Source: Mobula hypostoma (taxonomy: Eukaryota). Taken from it: a stretch of 64,000 nt of DNA. The translations under genes and the position numbers were made by a program. The stretch covers positions 71,674,001-71,738,000 of the forward strand of contig NC_086097.1 in assembly GCF_963921235.1 (NCBI RefSeq), given 5' to 3'. Below are positions 1-12,100 of the stretch, piece by piece. How positions within the stretch are numbered: position 1 is the first letter of the stretch; each line of letters begins with the position of its first letter. The notes beneath the pieces are model-generated. The model made no database searches. It worked only from the letters and a program-made list of their open reading frames with translations, and was not told the origin of the DNA.

Positions 1-821
1 ACTTCCATCCAATTGATAGCTTTTGATTCTCATTAACATATCCAAATGACATTCACCTAAACGGTTTCTCAGCTTGTTTTTGAGTTGATTCGTTAGGCTA
101 AAACCCCGCTCACAGTCTGCACTAGATGCAAGAAAGGTTCCCCCAATGTCCATCAGCTGTGCAAGGTCGCAAAACTGTTCATTTTGAAGTACAAATGCCA
201 CCATTTGAGCAAAGTTTGAAATCGGTTTGGATTTAATTTTTTCTTGCACAGAAAATTTGAAATCATTAAACTGTCTAATTATTACAGTATTTTCAGCTAG
301 AAAATCATGATACTTTAGACATAAGGCATTAACCTGTTCATCGCTAAATGTGAAGTCACAATCTGCAATTGCGGAGAAATCAAAAGCTGACCATTCTTGT
401 ACCTCAACTCTGATCTCCTCTGGGTTTGATCGTTTTCACTCTCGCTCATCTGCACTCAGCGGTAATATGCGTAGCGCTCTTGTAACGAGTAATGACGGGT
501 TATGTTGCCTGAGCTTTTGTACACTGTACAAATGCGATTTACTTGCCAAATGATGCTTCAAGAAGTCAAGTTTCCAAATATCATCCCACGGAACAGGATA
601 GGTGAGGTGATGTAAATTAGTGCCGTGCATTGAAGTATTTGATAAACCGACTAACTAGTTACCAGAAACAGTTAGCTAAAAGATTATTTTCAGTAAGTAT
701 AATTATTAATTACTACATTATTTTAGGTAACTAACCTTTTGTGTGCACATTAATTTCTTTTGTGTGCTGGTTGAAAAACGTGTGTGCACGCGCACACACG
801 CACAGTTTAGAGGGAACTATG
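1..821 (-). mobile_element. Internally deleted hAT DNA transposon (runs off the left edge of the window)
   Basis: The minus frame reads WDDIWKLDFLKHHLASKSH (end of an N-terminal zinc finger), then a stop at 436-438, then in frame ...LASSADCERGFSLTNQLKNKLRNRLGECHLDMLMRIKS, a hAT C-terminal dimerization motif. TIR-like end ttagagggaactatg at 807-821. Confidence 0.8.
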
Positions 822-1122
822 GTTGTGACTTGTAATTCTCACATGTAAATGGCATTTGATGCAAGTTCAGATGCTAATGTCAAATCAGAGTTTGACGGAT
901 TTATGTTGACAATTATGCGCCAAACCATGCCTGAGGAATTAGTGACAATCAGCCAATACCTCATTGCAAAAGCTTCTGTTAAATGACCTAGTCCTGTCTT
1001 TATGTTCTTCGTTAGATCAGATTGGTATGAATTGACATTATAGCAACTCCTGTGGGGAGTCTGCATGGCTGACATCATTCAGTGTGTAAGACTAATCTGA
1101 TTCCAGTACTGCCATTTTGGAA

Positions 1123-1790
1123 TAATGTTCCCTCTAATTTGTAATGGACAGTGTGTGAAAAGATCTTGTGCTGTGCAACTTTTTATCCAATGACAACAAT
1201 ATATGCGCACTGAATTTTTAAGTGGAAGTAAACTTGAAGCTATTCTAAGGATAATAAACTACCAAGTCCAGTTCGTTGTTCATTGTTTAAAAGAAATAAA
1301 ATAAGAACTTCCATCTCCTCTGGGCTTGATTGTTTTTGCTCTTGCACACATATACACTCATATGCACTCCCACAAACATACGTAGCAGGCCTGTAGAGGG
1401 TAATGAAGAATTTTCTACCCAGTGCATATGTGATTTGCTTGTTAAATTATGCTTTAAAAAGTCAAGTTTTCACTATCACTCCATTGCTTCCCACTTGCAA
1501 ATTCTCCAGCAACCTCTGCATTGCGACAATACACACAGGTAACACCAGTTTCTGTATTGTACATAAATATTTGTCAAAGCTGTGCGTTCCTGACCTCATG
1601 AGTTTTCTGTGTAGCTGTTTCTACTTTTTTGTTAGGCCATTCTGCTTTAAATGAACGAGAAGTTCTTTGGCGCCTCACGCCCTTTGCTTCTTTGGAATTT
1701 GACTTTGTGGTCCAGTGGTTGGCACTGTTGGCAGCCAGTGATTAGTAGTGTTTCTCAATGGCTGGTGTTGGGGACATTTCTTTTCATTGA
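1123..1790 (-). mobile_element. Second, related hAT deletion derivative carrying a transposase N-terminal fragment
   Basis: Begins taatgttccctctaa, matching the TIR of the first copy. The minus strand encodes RSFKAEW...TCVYCRNAEVAGEFASGKQWSD/KLDFLKHNLTSKSH, with a stop and a frameshift, homologous to 436-630. Confidence 0.65.
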
Positions 1791-1902
1791 ATATGTCAAT
1801 GATATGGATGACTAAATTGATGGCTTTGTGGCCAAATTTACGGACAATACAAAGGTAGTTGGAGGAGTAAGTAGTATTGATGAAGCAGGGAGTCTGGAGA
1901 AG
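1790..1902 (+). mobile_element. Short CR1 RT fragment
   Basis: Translates as YVNDMDD*IDGFVAKFTDNTKVVGGV, a decayed CR1 NDLD..KFADDTKVGG motif. Confidence 0.6.
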
Positions 1903-2708
1903 ATTTATTGATACTGATGACCCTGAGTCCAAACATCTCATATTGCTGGCAACTAATAAACTCCTTATATTTCTATCCATGGATGACTAGTACTGTCAAT
2001 GGAGGCTGCTGCCAGCCATTTATCTGACCTGGATGCTGTCCTTGTTAGCTCCACAATCTGGTTGGCCATCAAATCAGACAGAGAGGCTGCTGCTGTGGTT
2101 CTGTCTGTTTAGTGAGTGGCTCTCGCATTTTTCTCTCTTTGTTAAACACTGCCTCCAACTATGGCCTGATAAGCCGCAGCTTTAACTTTCTAAGACAATT
2201 CTGGCACTCCCTCACTAGGTGCCCTAGTTCCTGGCACACAAGGAAGGGATTATGATATCACAATAACAACATCCATTACAGTCACTCGTCCCCCTCCTCT
2301 GGTCTATCTCACCAGCCATCGATGCTATTGCAGGTTATGTTGATCCTCAAATCTAAGATTTCCTGGTGGACTGAATCAAGCCTTCCTTTGGCATTTTCAG
2401 GAAGACTAGTTCATCTCTTCCTGGATTGTCTAGCCCTAAGTACTCCTTATATGCTTGATATTTGCACTCTGCATAATCCACGACAGGCTTATCATCGCTC
2501 TTAATCACTGACATTATTGTTCCCCAGTTACTCTCAGCTCCCTCTAGTCATTGCTTCACTTCCCCCTTAAAGGAGTGATATCTCTTTTTGTTACTGACTT
2601 TCCTGCTCGATGCCTGTGTACCATACTATCCCAAATATTCCTCATGAATTTCACTTTTACCAGCACATACATATCTTTTGCTTGCATCTAGTAAATTTCA
2701 ATCATTTC

Positions 2709-3417
2709 TTTCAGGGATCCTGCTGTTTCTGTAGCCAGCTGAGGTTGCTGGCCGAACTGAGTCTCGGAGCTTCCCTGGAGCAGAGATGGAACTGTCTGTT
2801 GTTCTCTGGTGCTTGTCTCCTCTTGTCCTCGCCTCCAAGGGGTAGGTCAGGCCGTCTTGCCGTTGCCCTATGGGGGAACATGTCTTGTCTTGTCTTTGCT
2901 TCTGTTGGGTAAGTCTGGCCATCCTGCCATTACCCAACAGATGGACCTGTCCCAACTTGGTGTGGAGAAGTTGAGTCCTGGCTTGTCTTAGGATAAGTCC
3001 TGGCTCTATGTTGATGTTTAGTTCCCAGTCTGCCTCTGAGCTCCAAGAACCCAAGCCTCGAGGATCCCGCGGCCAAGCTCAAGACCCAAGACCCCAAGCC
3101 TCGAGGATCCCAAGCCAAGCTCAAGACCCAAGACTCCAAGCCTCAAGCCATATCATGTCCTTGACTGGTTCCGGGGTCCGAGCCTGAGGCAAGACCCAGG
3201 TTCTGGGTCCTTGTCCAGTCTCGGGTTCGGAGTCCAAGCCTTGTCTCCTAGTCCATGGTTCCTAGTCCTGGTCCCACTTTCCCTAGCCCAACTCTGCATT
3301 CTTGTCCCTGCTCCTTGCCTGAATTCTGTCACATCCTTACCTTAGTCAAGTCCTGTTCCTTGTACTTCAGTGTCTGTGTCTTGCATTTGGGTCTGTTCCC
3401 AGCACCCCATTGTGACA
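2709..3417 (+). mobile_element. Probable solo LTR (fish Gypsy-type) inserted in the gag relic
   Basis: GC-richer block with internal tandem repeats, ending tcttgcatttgggtc...tgtgaca like fish Gypsy LTR ends. It splits the gag-like frame. No clear TSD. Confidence 0.45.
3051..3144. repeat. Tandem repeat, ~2.2 copies of a 42-43 bp unit
   Basis: ccaagcctcgaggatccc..gccaagctcaagacccaagac at 3051 and 3094, with a partial copy at 3136. Confidence 0.85.
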
Positions 3418-4219
3418 GAGACACTTCGTTAGGACCTGGCATGAGTAAGTCCTGGGCCCTTTCAGTGGTCAGGCCAGCGATCAAAACAGCAGACTAAGAG
3501 GATTGCCCCCGGGGTGAAGTCCATGGAGCATTCAGATAGAGACTACCCCATACCTTCCTGCAGGTTAATCAATGGGACTGAGATACCATTGTCAGATTAT
3601 TCTGACAATCAGCTGTCATGGTATTGTCATGGTGAACTGTTGCCTGTGAACCTGAAATGAAGTTACCTTGATGGTGCCCCTGCACACAGAATGACTACTG
3701 ATGACCACTATTGATAGCTATAGTTATCAGATGTAAAGGGACGAAGAGGATGTAATCAAGTTTCTGGAACATTTCATTGCTATCTCTGCTCCATAGCCAG
3801 TTAGGGAAGTTAGATAGTGTAGATGTACGTAGGTACACATTGGGATATGATAGGTTAGTCATTGGGAAAGGGATATGAAGTGAAGGGCATCTCCATAGTA
3901 CTGCTTAATCAGATCCTCCTTACGGCTTGGCCTTGCTGGGAGAGATTTCTGTCCAGAGGTATGTTAGAGAGTTTTTTAGAGTTATGTGGATATAACAGAT
4001 ATTAATTCAAGCAAAAAACACTCATCAGTTCTTGTACATAAATTCAGGAAGCTTAAAATTAGCCTTCAGTTTTTTTGTAAATTGCAGGCAGTAAATTGAA
4101 GTTACAAACCCAGGCTGCTCCACAGACCAAGAGGCTGCATATGCATCAGCCAGATGTTAAGACAATGGGGTTGCGTAATTGCCCTGTGTCAACTATGGTT
4201 AAAGGAACTTGCACCATTG

Positions 4220-4520
4220 TGTAAGTTCAGGGAAGTGTCCCTGCCGAGGTATTTAAACATTCAGAGGTGTCACCCACTGTAGATATGCAATTCCAGGGAA
4301 GCATTGCCAACCCAAAGTGATGACAAAGTAATGACAATGTCATTATAACTTTTGAAACTGTATTGGATCACCTACTGTTATCTTTGATCTTCAGGGTATA
4401 AAAATGTACTGTACCTTTGAGTTTGTGAGACTCTACTGAAGATGTCTCCAGAATGATGCCAACTCGTTGTGCTCAATAAAGACTTCTATATCACCAGCTT
4501 CAGTGACTTTAGGGATCACA
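4220..4520 (+). mobile_element. Retroviral-type LTR (~300 bp)
   Basis: Starts TGTAAG, has TATAAAA at 4397 and AATAAA at 4475, ends in CA at 4520, and is followed by a PBS. Confidence 0.7.
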
Positions 4521-4522
4521 TC

Positions 4523-4540
4523 TGGGGGCTAATCTGGGAT
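4523..4540 (+). promoter_or_regulatory. Primer-binding site, tRNA-Pro type
   Basis: TGGGGGCTAATCTGGGAT matches the canonical tRNA-Pro PBS TGGGGGCTCGTCCGGGAT at 15/18 positions and lies 2 nt after the LTR-terminal CA. Confidence 0.75.
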
Positions 4541-5432
4541 ATGTTCACAGCCCACTGAGTGGCTAGTGATTTAACAGTCCAAGGAAGTGAGTATTTTCAG
4601 AAGTAGCACCCATGTTTAGATCAATGACTACAGGATCACAAAGTATCAATGAATGTGGTGGAGAGATGTTTGTGCAAGAGACCAGCTATCAGGCAGTTTT
4701 GGGTGTCTTGGTGAAACAGGGCCACCAGTTGTGAAAAGTGGCTACTGACTGTTCGGAATGCCAGAGGGGTATGCATACACTCATTTGGGGGCATTATATA
4801 GTGGGATACTTGTTTGTGTGCTGGTGTATTTTAGAATAAATTTGAAATCTTGATAACAAGGATTTTAAATGCAAGGAAATATAACAGGTATTTTGAGTTC
4901 AGAGGCACATGTGGAAGATTGCAAGGTACCTACTCTGTAGTTTTACAATGACATTGTTCACATCAATACAATGCTTCCTTTGAATTATAGATCTTCAGTG
5001 GGAGACAGCCTCTGATTGGTCAGATACCTTGACTGGGACACTTACTCGTTGGTACAAATTTCTTAAACCCATAGTTGACGCAGGGCAATTAATACAACCC
5101 CATTGTCTTAAAATCTGGCTGATACATATGCAACCTCTCGGTCTGTGGAGCAGCATGGGTTTGTAACTTCAACTTACTGCTTGCAATTTACAGAACATTG
5201 AAGGCTAATTGCTAGCTTCTTGAATTTATCTACATTTACAATAACAACTGATGACAGGCTCTTGTTTGATTAAATATCTGCTCTATCTACATAACCCTAG
5301 AATACTCCCTTACCACCATAGTTCAGTATGTTCTAAGATTGTTTGGAATAAGGATAAGACTGGTCCTTAGGTGAAATGCTAAAATGAGGGAAAGCTCATT
5401 AGAATGGCAATAGGCAGGAATTGGGAGAATAT

Positions 5433-7885
5433 AAATATTGATTGGCATCTCCCTAGAGTGAGGGGTTTAGATGGGGTGGAGTTTGTTAGGTGTGTTCAGG
5501 AAGGTTTCTTAACACAATATGTAGATAAGCCTACAAGAGGAGAGGCTGTACTTGATCTGGTATTGGGAAATGAACCTGGTCAGGTGTCAGGTCTCTCAGT
5601 GGGAGAGCATTTTCGAGATAGTGATCACAATTACTCCTTTACTATAGCATTGGAGAGGGATAGGAACAGACAAGTTCAGGAAACATTTAATTGGAGTAAA
5701 CGGAACTATGAAGCTATCAGGTGGGAACTTGGAAGCATAAATTGGAAAGAGATGTTCTCAGGGAAATGTACAGAAGAAATGTGGCAAGTGTTCAGGGGAT
5801 ATTTGCGTGGGGTTCTGAGTAGGTACGTTCCAATGAGACATGGAAAGGATGGTAGGGTAGATAATCTGTGGTTCACAAAGGCTGTTGTAAGTCTAGTCAA
5901 GAAGAAAAGAAGAGCTACAAAAGGTTCAAAAAACTAGGTAATGATATGAATCTAGAAGATTATAAGGCTAGCAGGAAGGAGCTTAAGAATGAAATTAGGA
6001 GAGCCAGAAGGGGCCATGAGAAGGCTTTGGCAGACAGGATTAATGAAAACCCCAAGGCATTCTACAAGTATGTGAAGAACAAGAGGATAAGATATGAGAG
6101 AATAGGACCAATCAAGTGTGACAATGGAAAAGTGTGTATGGAACCAGAGGAAATAGCAAAGATACTTCATGAATACTTGCTTCAGTATTCACTATGGAAA
6201 TGGATCTTGGCGATTGTAGGGATGACTTGCAGTGGACTGAAAAGCTTGAGAATGTAGATGTTAAGAAAGAGGATGTGCTGGAGCTTTTGGAAAGCATCAA
6301 GTTGGATAAGTCCCGGGATTGGACGGGATGTACCCTAGGCTACGGCTACTCTGGGAGGTGAGGGAGGAGATTGCTGAGCCTCAGGTAATGATCTTTGCAT
6401 CATCAATGAGAACAGGAGAGGTTCCGGCGGACTGGGGGGGGGGTTGCGAATGTTCTTCTCTTATTCAAGAAAGGGAGTAGAGATAGCCCAGGAAATTATG
6501 GACCAGTGAGTCTTACTTCAGTGGTTGGTAAGTTGATGGAGAAGATCCTGAGAGGCAGGATTTATGAACATTTGAAGAGGCATAATATGATTAGGAATAG
6601 TCAGCCTGGCTTTGTCAAAGGCAGGTCGTGCCTTACGAGTCTGATTGAGTTTTTTGAGGATGTGACTAAGCACATTGATGAAGATAGAGCTGTAGATGTA
6701 GTGTATATGGATTTTAGCAAGGCATTTGATAAAGTACCCCATGCAAGGTTTATTGAGAAAGTAAGGAGGCATAGGATCCAAGGGGACATTGCTTTGTGGA
6801 TCCAGAACTGGCTTGCCCACAGAAGGCAAAGACTGGTTGTAGATGGTCATATTCTGCATGGAGGCTGGTGACCAGTGGTGTGCCTCAGGGATGTGTTCTG
6901 GGACCTCTACTCTTTGCGATTTTTATAAATGACCTGGATGAGGAAGTGGAGGGATGGGTTAGTAAATTTGCTGATGACACAAAGGTTAGGGGTGTTGTGG
7001 ATAGTGTGGAGGGCTGTCAGAGGTTACAATGGAACATTGATTGGAAGCAAAACTGGGCTGAGAAGTGGCAGATGGAGTTTAAGCCAGATAAGTGTGAGGT
7101 GGTTCATTTTGGTAGGTCAAATATGATGGCAGATTATAGTATTAATGGTAAGACTCTTGGCAATGTGGAGGATCAGAGAGATCTTGAGGTCTGCGTCCAT
7201 AGGACACTCAAAGCTGCTATACAGGTTGACTCTGTGGTTAAGAAGGCATACGGTGCTTTGACCTTCATCAATCGTGGGATTGAGTTTAAGAGCTGAGAGG
7301 TAATGTTGCAGCTATATAGGACCCTGGTCAGACCCCCCTTGGAGTACTGTGCTCAATTCTGCTCACCTCACAGTAGGAAGGACGTGGAAACCATATACCG
7401 TAAAGGGTGCAGAGGAGATTTACAAGGATGTTGCCTGGATTAGGGAGCATACCTTATGAGAATAGGTTGACTGAACTCGGCCTTTTCTCCTTGGAGCAAC
7501 GAAGGATGAGAGGTCACCTGACAGAGGTGTATAAGATAATGAGAGGCATTGATCATGTGGATAGTCAGAGGCTTTTCCCCAGGGCTGAAATAGCTAGCAT
7601 GAGAGGGCATAATTTTAAGGTGCTTGGAAGTAGGTACAGAGGAGATGTCAGGGGTAAGTTTTTTACGCAGAGAGTTGTGAGGGCGTGGAATTGGCTGCCA
7701 GCAGCGGCGGTGGAGGCGGAAATGACAGGGTCTTTTAAGAGACTCTAGATGGGTACATGAAGCTTAGAAAAATAGAGGGCTATGGGTAAGCCTAGGTAGT
7801 TCTAAGGTAGGGACATGTTTGGCCCAGTTTTGTGGGCCGAGGGGCCTGTATTGTGCTGTAGGTTTTCTATGTTTCTATGTTTCTA
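5433..7885 (+). mobile_element. CR1 LINE, 5'-truncated, frameshifted ORF2 (end of APE plus RT)
   Basis: PTRGEAVLDLVL, SDHN, YMDFSKAFDKVPH, SGVPQGCVLGPLLF, KFADDTKV; 3' tail (TTTCTATG)n. Confidence 0.95.
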
Positions 7886-8029
7886 ATATACTGAGTCTGT
7901 CCTGTTTGGGGATAAATATACTGTACATCTGATATGAGAGATTTTTTTTGAAAGACAAATTGATTCAGAACTGGCATGTTCTTGTGAGGTTGCTAAGGTT
8001 CTTAGATAACAAAATATAGTATATTTAAA

Positions 8030-10512
8030 ATAATCCTTAATCAGAAGAGAGGAAGCACATATAAAGACAAGGACCTCAGGGAATATAAAGAAAGCAGGAA
8101 AGAACTTAAAAAATTATGAGTTCTAAAAGAAAGAATGAAATATACTTGGCTAAAAGGATTAAGGATAATCCCAAGGCATTTCATATGTAAAGGGTAAGTC
8201 CACTCAGGAATAAAGAAGAGGATTTATATGTGAAGTGGAAGCTGATAAATCCTTAATGATTACTTTGCTTCAGTCTTCTCCAAAGGATGATGGTGAGATT
8301 AAAGGAGTTGATATTGATATTCTAGGGCATATCAATATCAAGGATGAGTAGGTGCAGAGTATCTCAAGACATTAACCTGTATGAGTCCCAGGAATCTGAA
8401 GATATCGAGAGCAGAATACTGAGGAATGCAAGGAAGGAGATTGTTGGGGCCTTACCAAAGATATTTGTTTCCTGTTTAGCCACAGATGAAGCACCAGAAG
8501 ACCAGAGAATAGCCAATATTGTTCCTTTGTTTAAGAAAGGGAATGGAACATACCAGGAAATTATAGGCTTCTGAGCCCCGTATCAGTGGTATTATTGGGA
8601 AGTTACTGAGTAAAATTGTAAGGAAAGAATTTACTTGCATTTAGAAAATCATGTACTTATTAGGGATCATCAACCTGGCTTTATGAGTCCTGTCTCAGAA
8701 AATTGATTGAACTTTATGAGGAAGTGGGCAAGATGACTAATGATGCAATGGGTGTTCTCCACACAGACATTAATAAAGCATCTAACAACATCTCTCATGG
8801 TTTGCAGGTGCAGAACATTAAGTTACATGGGTTCCGTGATATTACATATGCGTAGAGCAAGAACTACAACAGGCTTGTTTGAGTAAACATTTTTACCAAG
8901 TCATGTTAGTAACGGTACATGCTGTGCCAATTACAGTTCGGGAACTACAAAATGGGCCCACTGAAACAGAAGCACATGCGCACTTACAGGCCTGCACCCA
9001 AAGGAGAGTTCCGGCTGCACGTAGGAGGCCCAATCGATTGGCTGCACTGGGCACATTCTCACCTACCGATCTACTATGGTACACATGGGCATTGGTAAAC
9101 CGGACACAGAATGGACTTGGTCATAGTGGTGGAAGGGTGATATTCTGATTGGAGGTCTGTGACCAGTGATATTCTGCAAAGATCAGTGCTGGGACTTCTG
9201 TTGTTTGTGATATAATGATGTGGATAAAACTGCAGATGGTCTGTAAGTGTGCGGATGACATGGAAATTAGTGTAGTTGTGGGTAGTGAGGAAGGTTGCCA
9301 ATCGATTCAGCAGGATATAGATCAGTTGGAAATTTTGGCAGAGAAGTTGCTGGTGTCATTTAATCAGAACAAGTGTGTGGCATTTTGGGAGGGTGAACGC
9401 AAGAGGAAAGATACAGTAAATGGCAGGACAATTAGGAGCATTGATATACAGAGGGATCTTGAGGTGAGAGTCTGTAGCTCCAGAAAGTGGCAAAGTACAC
9501 TCAGTGGCCACTTTATTTGGTACAGGAGTGGAACCCAGTGTGTTCTGCTGCTGTAGCCCATCCACTTCAAGGTTCGACATGCTGTGTGTTCAGAGATGCT
9601 CTTCTGCACACCACTGTTGTAACACGTGGTTATCTGAGTTACTGTCACTTTCCTGTCTGCATGAACCAGTCTGGACATTCCACTCTGACCTCTCTCATTA
9701 ACAGGGTGTTTTCACCCACGGAACTGTTGCTCACTGGGTTTTCTTTTTGTTTATTTACACTATTCTCTGTAAACTCTCGAGACTGTTGTGTGTGAAAATC
9801 CCAGGAAACTGCAGTTTTTGAGATATTCACACCACCTTGTCTGGCACCAGCAATCGTTCTGTTGTCAACGTCACTTAGATCACATTTCTTCCCCATTCTG
9901 ATGTTTAGTCTGAGCAACAACTGAACCTCATGACCATGTCTGCATGCTTTTATGCACAGAGTTGCTGCCACATGATTGGCTAGTTAGATATTTGTACAGG
10001 TGTCCCTAATAAGGTGGCCACTGAGTGTAAGTGGATAGGATGATAAAAGATGATAAATGGCCGACTTGCTTTCATCTATTGGGGTATTGACAATAAAAGG
10101 TGGCAATTCATGCTGCAGTTGTATAAAACTTCGGTTTAGCCTCATTTGGTGTATTGTGGACAGGGCAGCTTATCACATTACAGAAAGAACGTGGAAGTTT
10201 TGGGGAGGGTACAATAGAGGTTCATCAAGATGTTACCTGGATTGGAATGTACAAGGTATGAGGAAAGGTTGGACAACCTGATAGAAACATATAAAAATAT
10301 GGATTGGCCAGTCTTTATCCCCAGGGTAGAAATGACAAATACACTGGCAATGGCAGAAGCAGATACAATATTTGAGGGACATTTGGACAGACATGTGAAC
10401 AGTCAGGGAAAATAGGGATAGGGTACATGTGTATGTGGATGGGATTAATTTAGATTGGCACCATGGTCAGCACAGTCATGATGGGCGGAAAGGCCTGAGC
10501 ATGTGCTGTTCT
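8030..10512 (+). mobile_element. Old, degraded CR1 LINE hosting later insertions
   Basis: KDNPKAF, ANIVPLFKKG, CKCADDMEI and MLPGLE remnants, plus a CR1-type 3' end near 10490-10512. Confidence 0.8.
9498..10027 (-). mobile_element. Tc1/mariner non-autonomous element (MITE)
   Basis: TIRs cactcagtggccactttat...ataaggtggccactgagtg with TA on both sides (9496-97 and 10028-29); Tc1 HTH fragment MGKKCDLSDVDNRTIAGARQGGVNIS. Confidence 0.92.
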
Positions 10513-10609
10513 AGACAGGGGTACACTGGTAGGAATTTTTCTTACAAAATAATGTGATTGGGAGATTAAACAGAAGGCTGGGAGAAGAAAGAAGAGGAGG
10601 TACAAAGCA

Positions 10610-10740
10610 TAAAGTAAATTTATTATCCAAGTACATATATGCCACCACATACAACCCTGAGATTCATTTTCTTGTGGTTGTACCTAATAAATTGCAAATA
10701 GAATAATAAGCGTAATGGAATCAATGATAGACTGCATCAA
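10610..10740 (-). repeat. 3' tail of an abundant retroposon/SINE-like family
   Basis: aaagtaaatttattatc..gtacatatatg..accacatacaaccctgagattcattttcttg recurs at 53640 and, inverted, at 12030-12100. Confidence 0.6.
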
Positions 10741-11089
10741 GGTGTTCTTACCACAGAATACATCTGTCATTGTACAACAGCAATTAGTTCTTATTCATTA
10801 GGTACATTGGTGACTGGAGCCAGAGTTACACAAAGCATCTGATGAATTGTCATTCGAGTTTTTTTGTACATGGAGGCCACTAAAAAGAACCAAGTTTTAC
10901 TCTCCCCTTTATCTATAGGTTAGCATATCAAGGGAAGATGCTGGTGAGGCAAAGTGCCACTGACTGAAGCCACATTGAACTTTAGGCACCACTGATCACG
11001 CTTGTCTCTGTTAGAAATAAAAAAGGTTTTAGATACAGTACTCAATGTCTGACAGCTATTGATATAGCAAACTGTACACAAACTGTGAC

Positions 11090-12100
11090 CTCTGAACTGA
11101 TTCCACAATATTCTACATACATGCTTTCAAGGACTCTTCAACCCATGGTCTCAGTATTTTTATAAATATACAGTACATATACATAATATAGGTATTATAT
11201 ATAAATTATAATTTGTCTTCTTTCACATATTGGTTGTTTGTCAGTCAAATCAAATCAAATTTAATTGTCATTCAAACCATACATAGATATAGCTGAAAGA
11301 GACAGCATTCCTCTTGGGCCAAGTTGCAAAAACATACACGCTCATTCAGAATAACAATAAAGGAAAAAAAGACCATAGTCACGTAAGATAACAAATTTTT
11401 AGACCAAGTTCCTAAGCGACGGCCTGTAGCTCAGCCTGTAATTCCACCAATTCACCACTGGAGGACAGCACCGAGGGGAGCAGCCTCCCCCATACGACTC
11501 CAGACACCAAGCTAATCCGCGAGCCCGAGGACTGTGGCCAAGTCCTAGCTGCAACCAAGGCAACACTGTTGCCTCGCCAATTGTCTAACCACCAAACAAG
11601 GGAAGCAGGTCTGCAGCAATCAAGTCCAACAGTCCTGCGATTGCAGAAAGAAAACTCCAAGATAGTCACTCATGGTTTCACCTCATGCCGCCTTTGTGCC
11701 AACTCGAGGGCACCAACTCCGATGCCGCTGAGTAGCAAGCAGCAGCACGGTTTCCACCCAGGTCAGCTCTTCTGAACCCAGTCCGGCTTCTCCTGTGGCC
11801 CAATAGCCCTGCTCAAATTCCCCAGCCCGATGGCCCAATTCTATATCTGCAGCCTGACTTACCTTCTCCGAACTGCCGGCCAGCTACTCTGAACAATGAG
11901 CTGCTCACTGATGTGATGGACCTGCTGTACAGGTCGTTACTGGAGAAAAGAACTGTCTTAATGTGTATAAAAATACATGTATTATTTTTCATAAATTCTA
12001 TTGTATTTCTTTATTTTCCTGTAAATGCCTGCAAGAAAATGAATCTCAGGGTAGTATATGGTGACATATGTTGCAGATACTTTGATAATAAATTTACTTA
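11090..12100 (+). repeat. SINE-like element of the same family, split by a ~700-bp opposite-strand insertion (~11246-11955)
   Basis: Both halves match the reverse complement of 53630-53925; the insert begins with an (AAATC)n tail. Confidence 0.5.

Larger units (their letters stand above)
1905..4216 (-). pseudogene. Decayed retroviral-like gag-pro region, interrupted at 2709-3417
   Basis: Minus strand, in order: MHR-like ESNWGTIMSVIKSDDKPVVDYAECKYQAYKEYLGLDNP...EGL (2535-2377); degenerate knuckles FLVCQELGHLVREC (2245-2204) and S*SCGLSGHSWRQC (2187-2146); aspartic protease motif LDSGSSVS (1932-1909). Confidence 0.65.
3966..5310. repeat. Long inverted repeat, arms 3966-4216 and 5050-5310
   Basis: The reverse complement of 4216-3966 (tggtgcaagttcctttaaccatagttgacacagggcaatt...) aligns colinearly with 5050-5310 (tggtacaaatttcttaaacccatagttgacgcagggcaatt...). 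Confidence 0.9.

Noticed and set aside
3051..3144. Repeats that could be read as a CRISPR array
   Set aside because: Head-to-tail tandem units without unique spacers, inside an LTR-like element in eukaryotic DNA; no cas genes.
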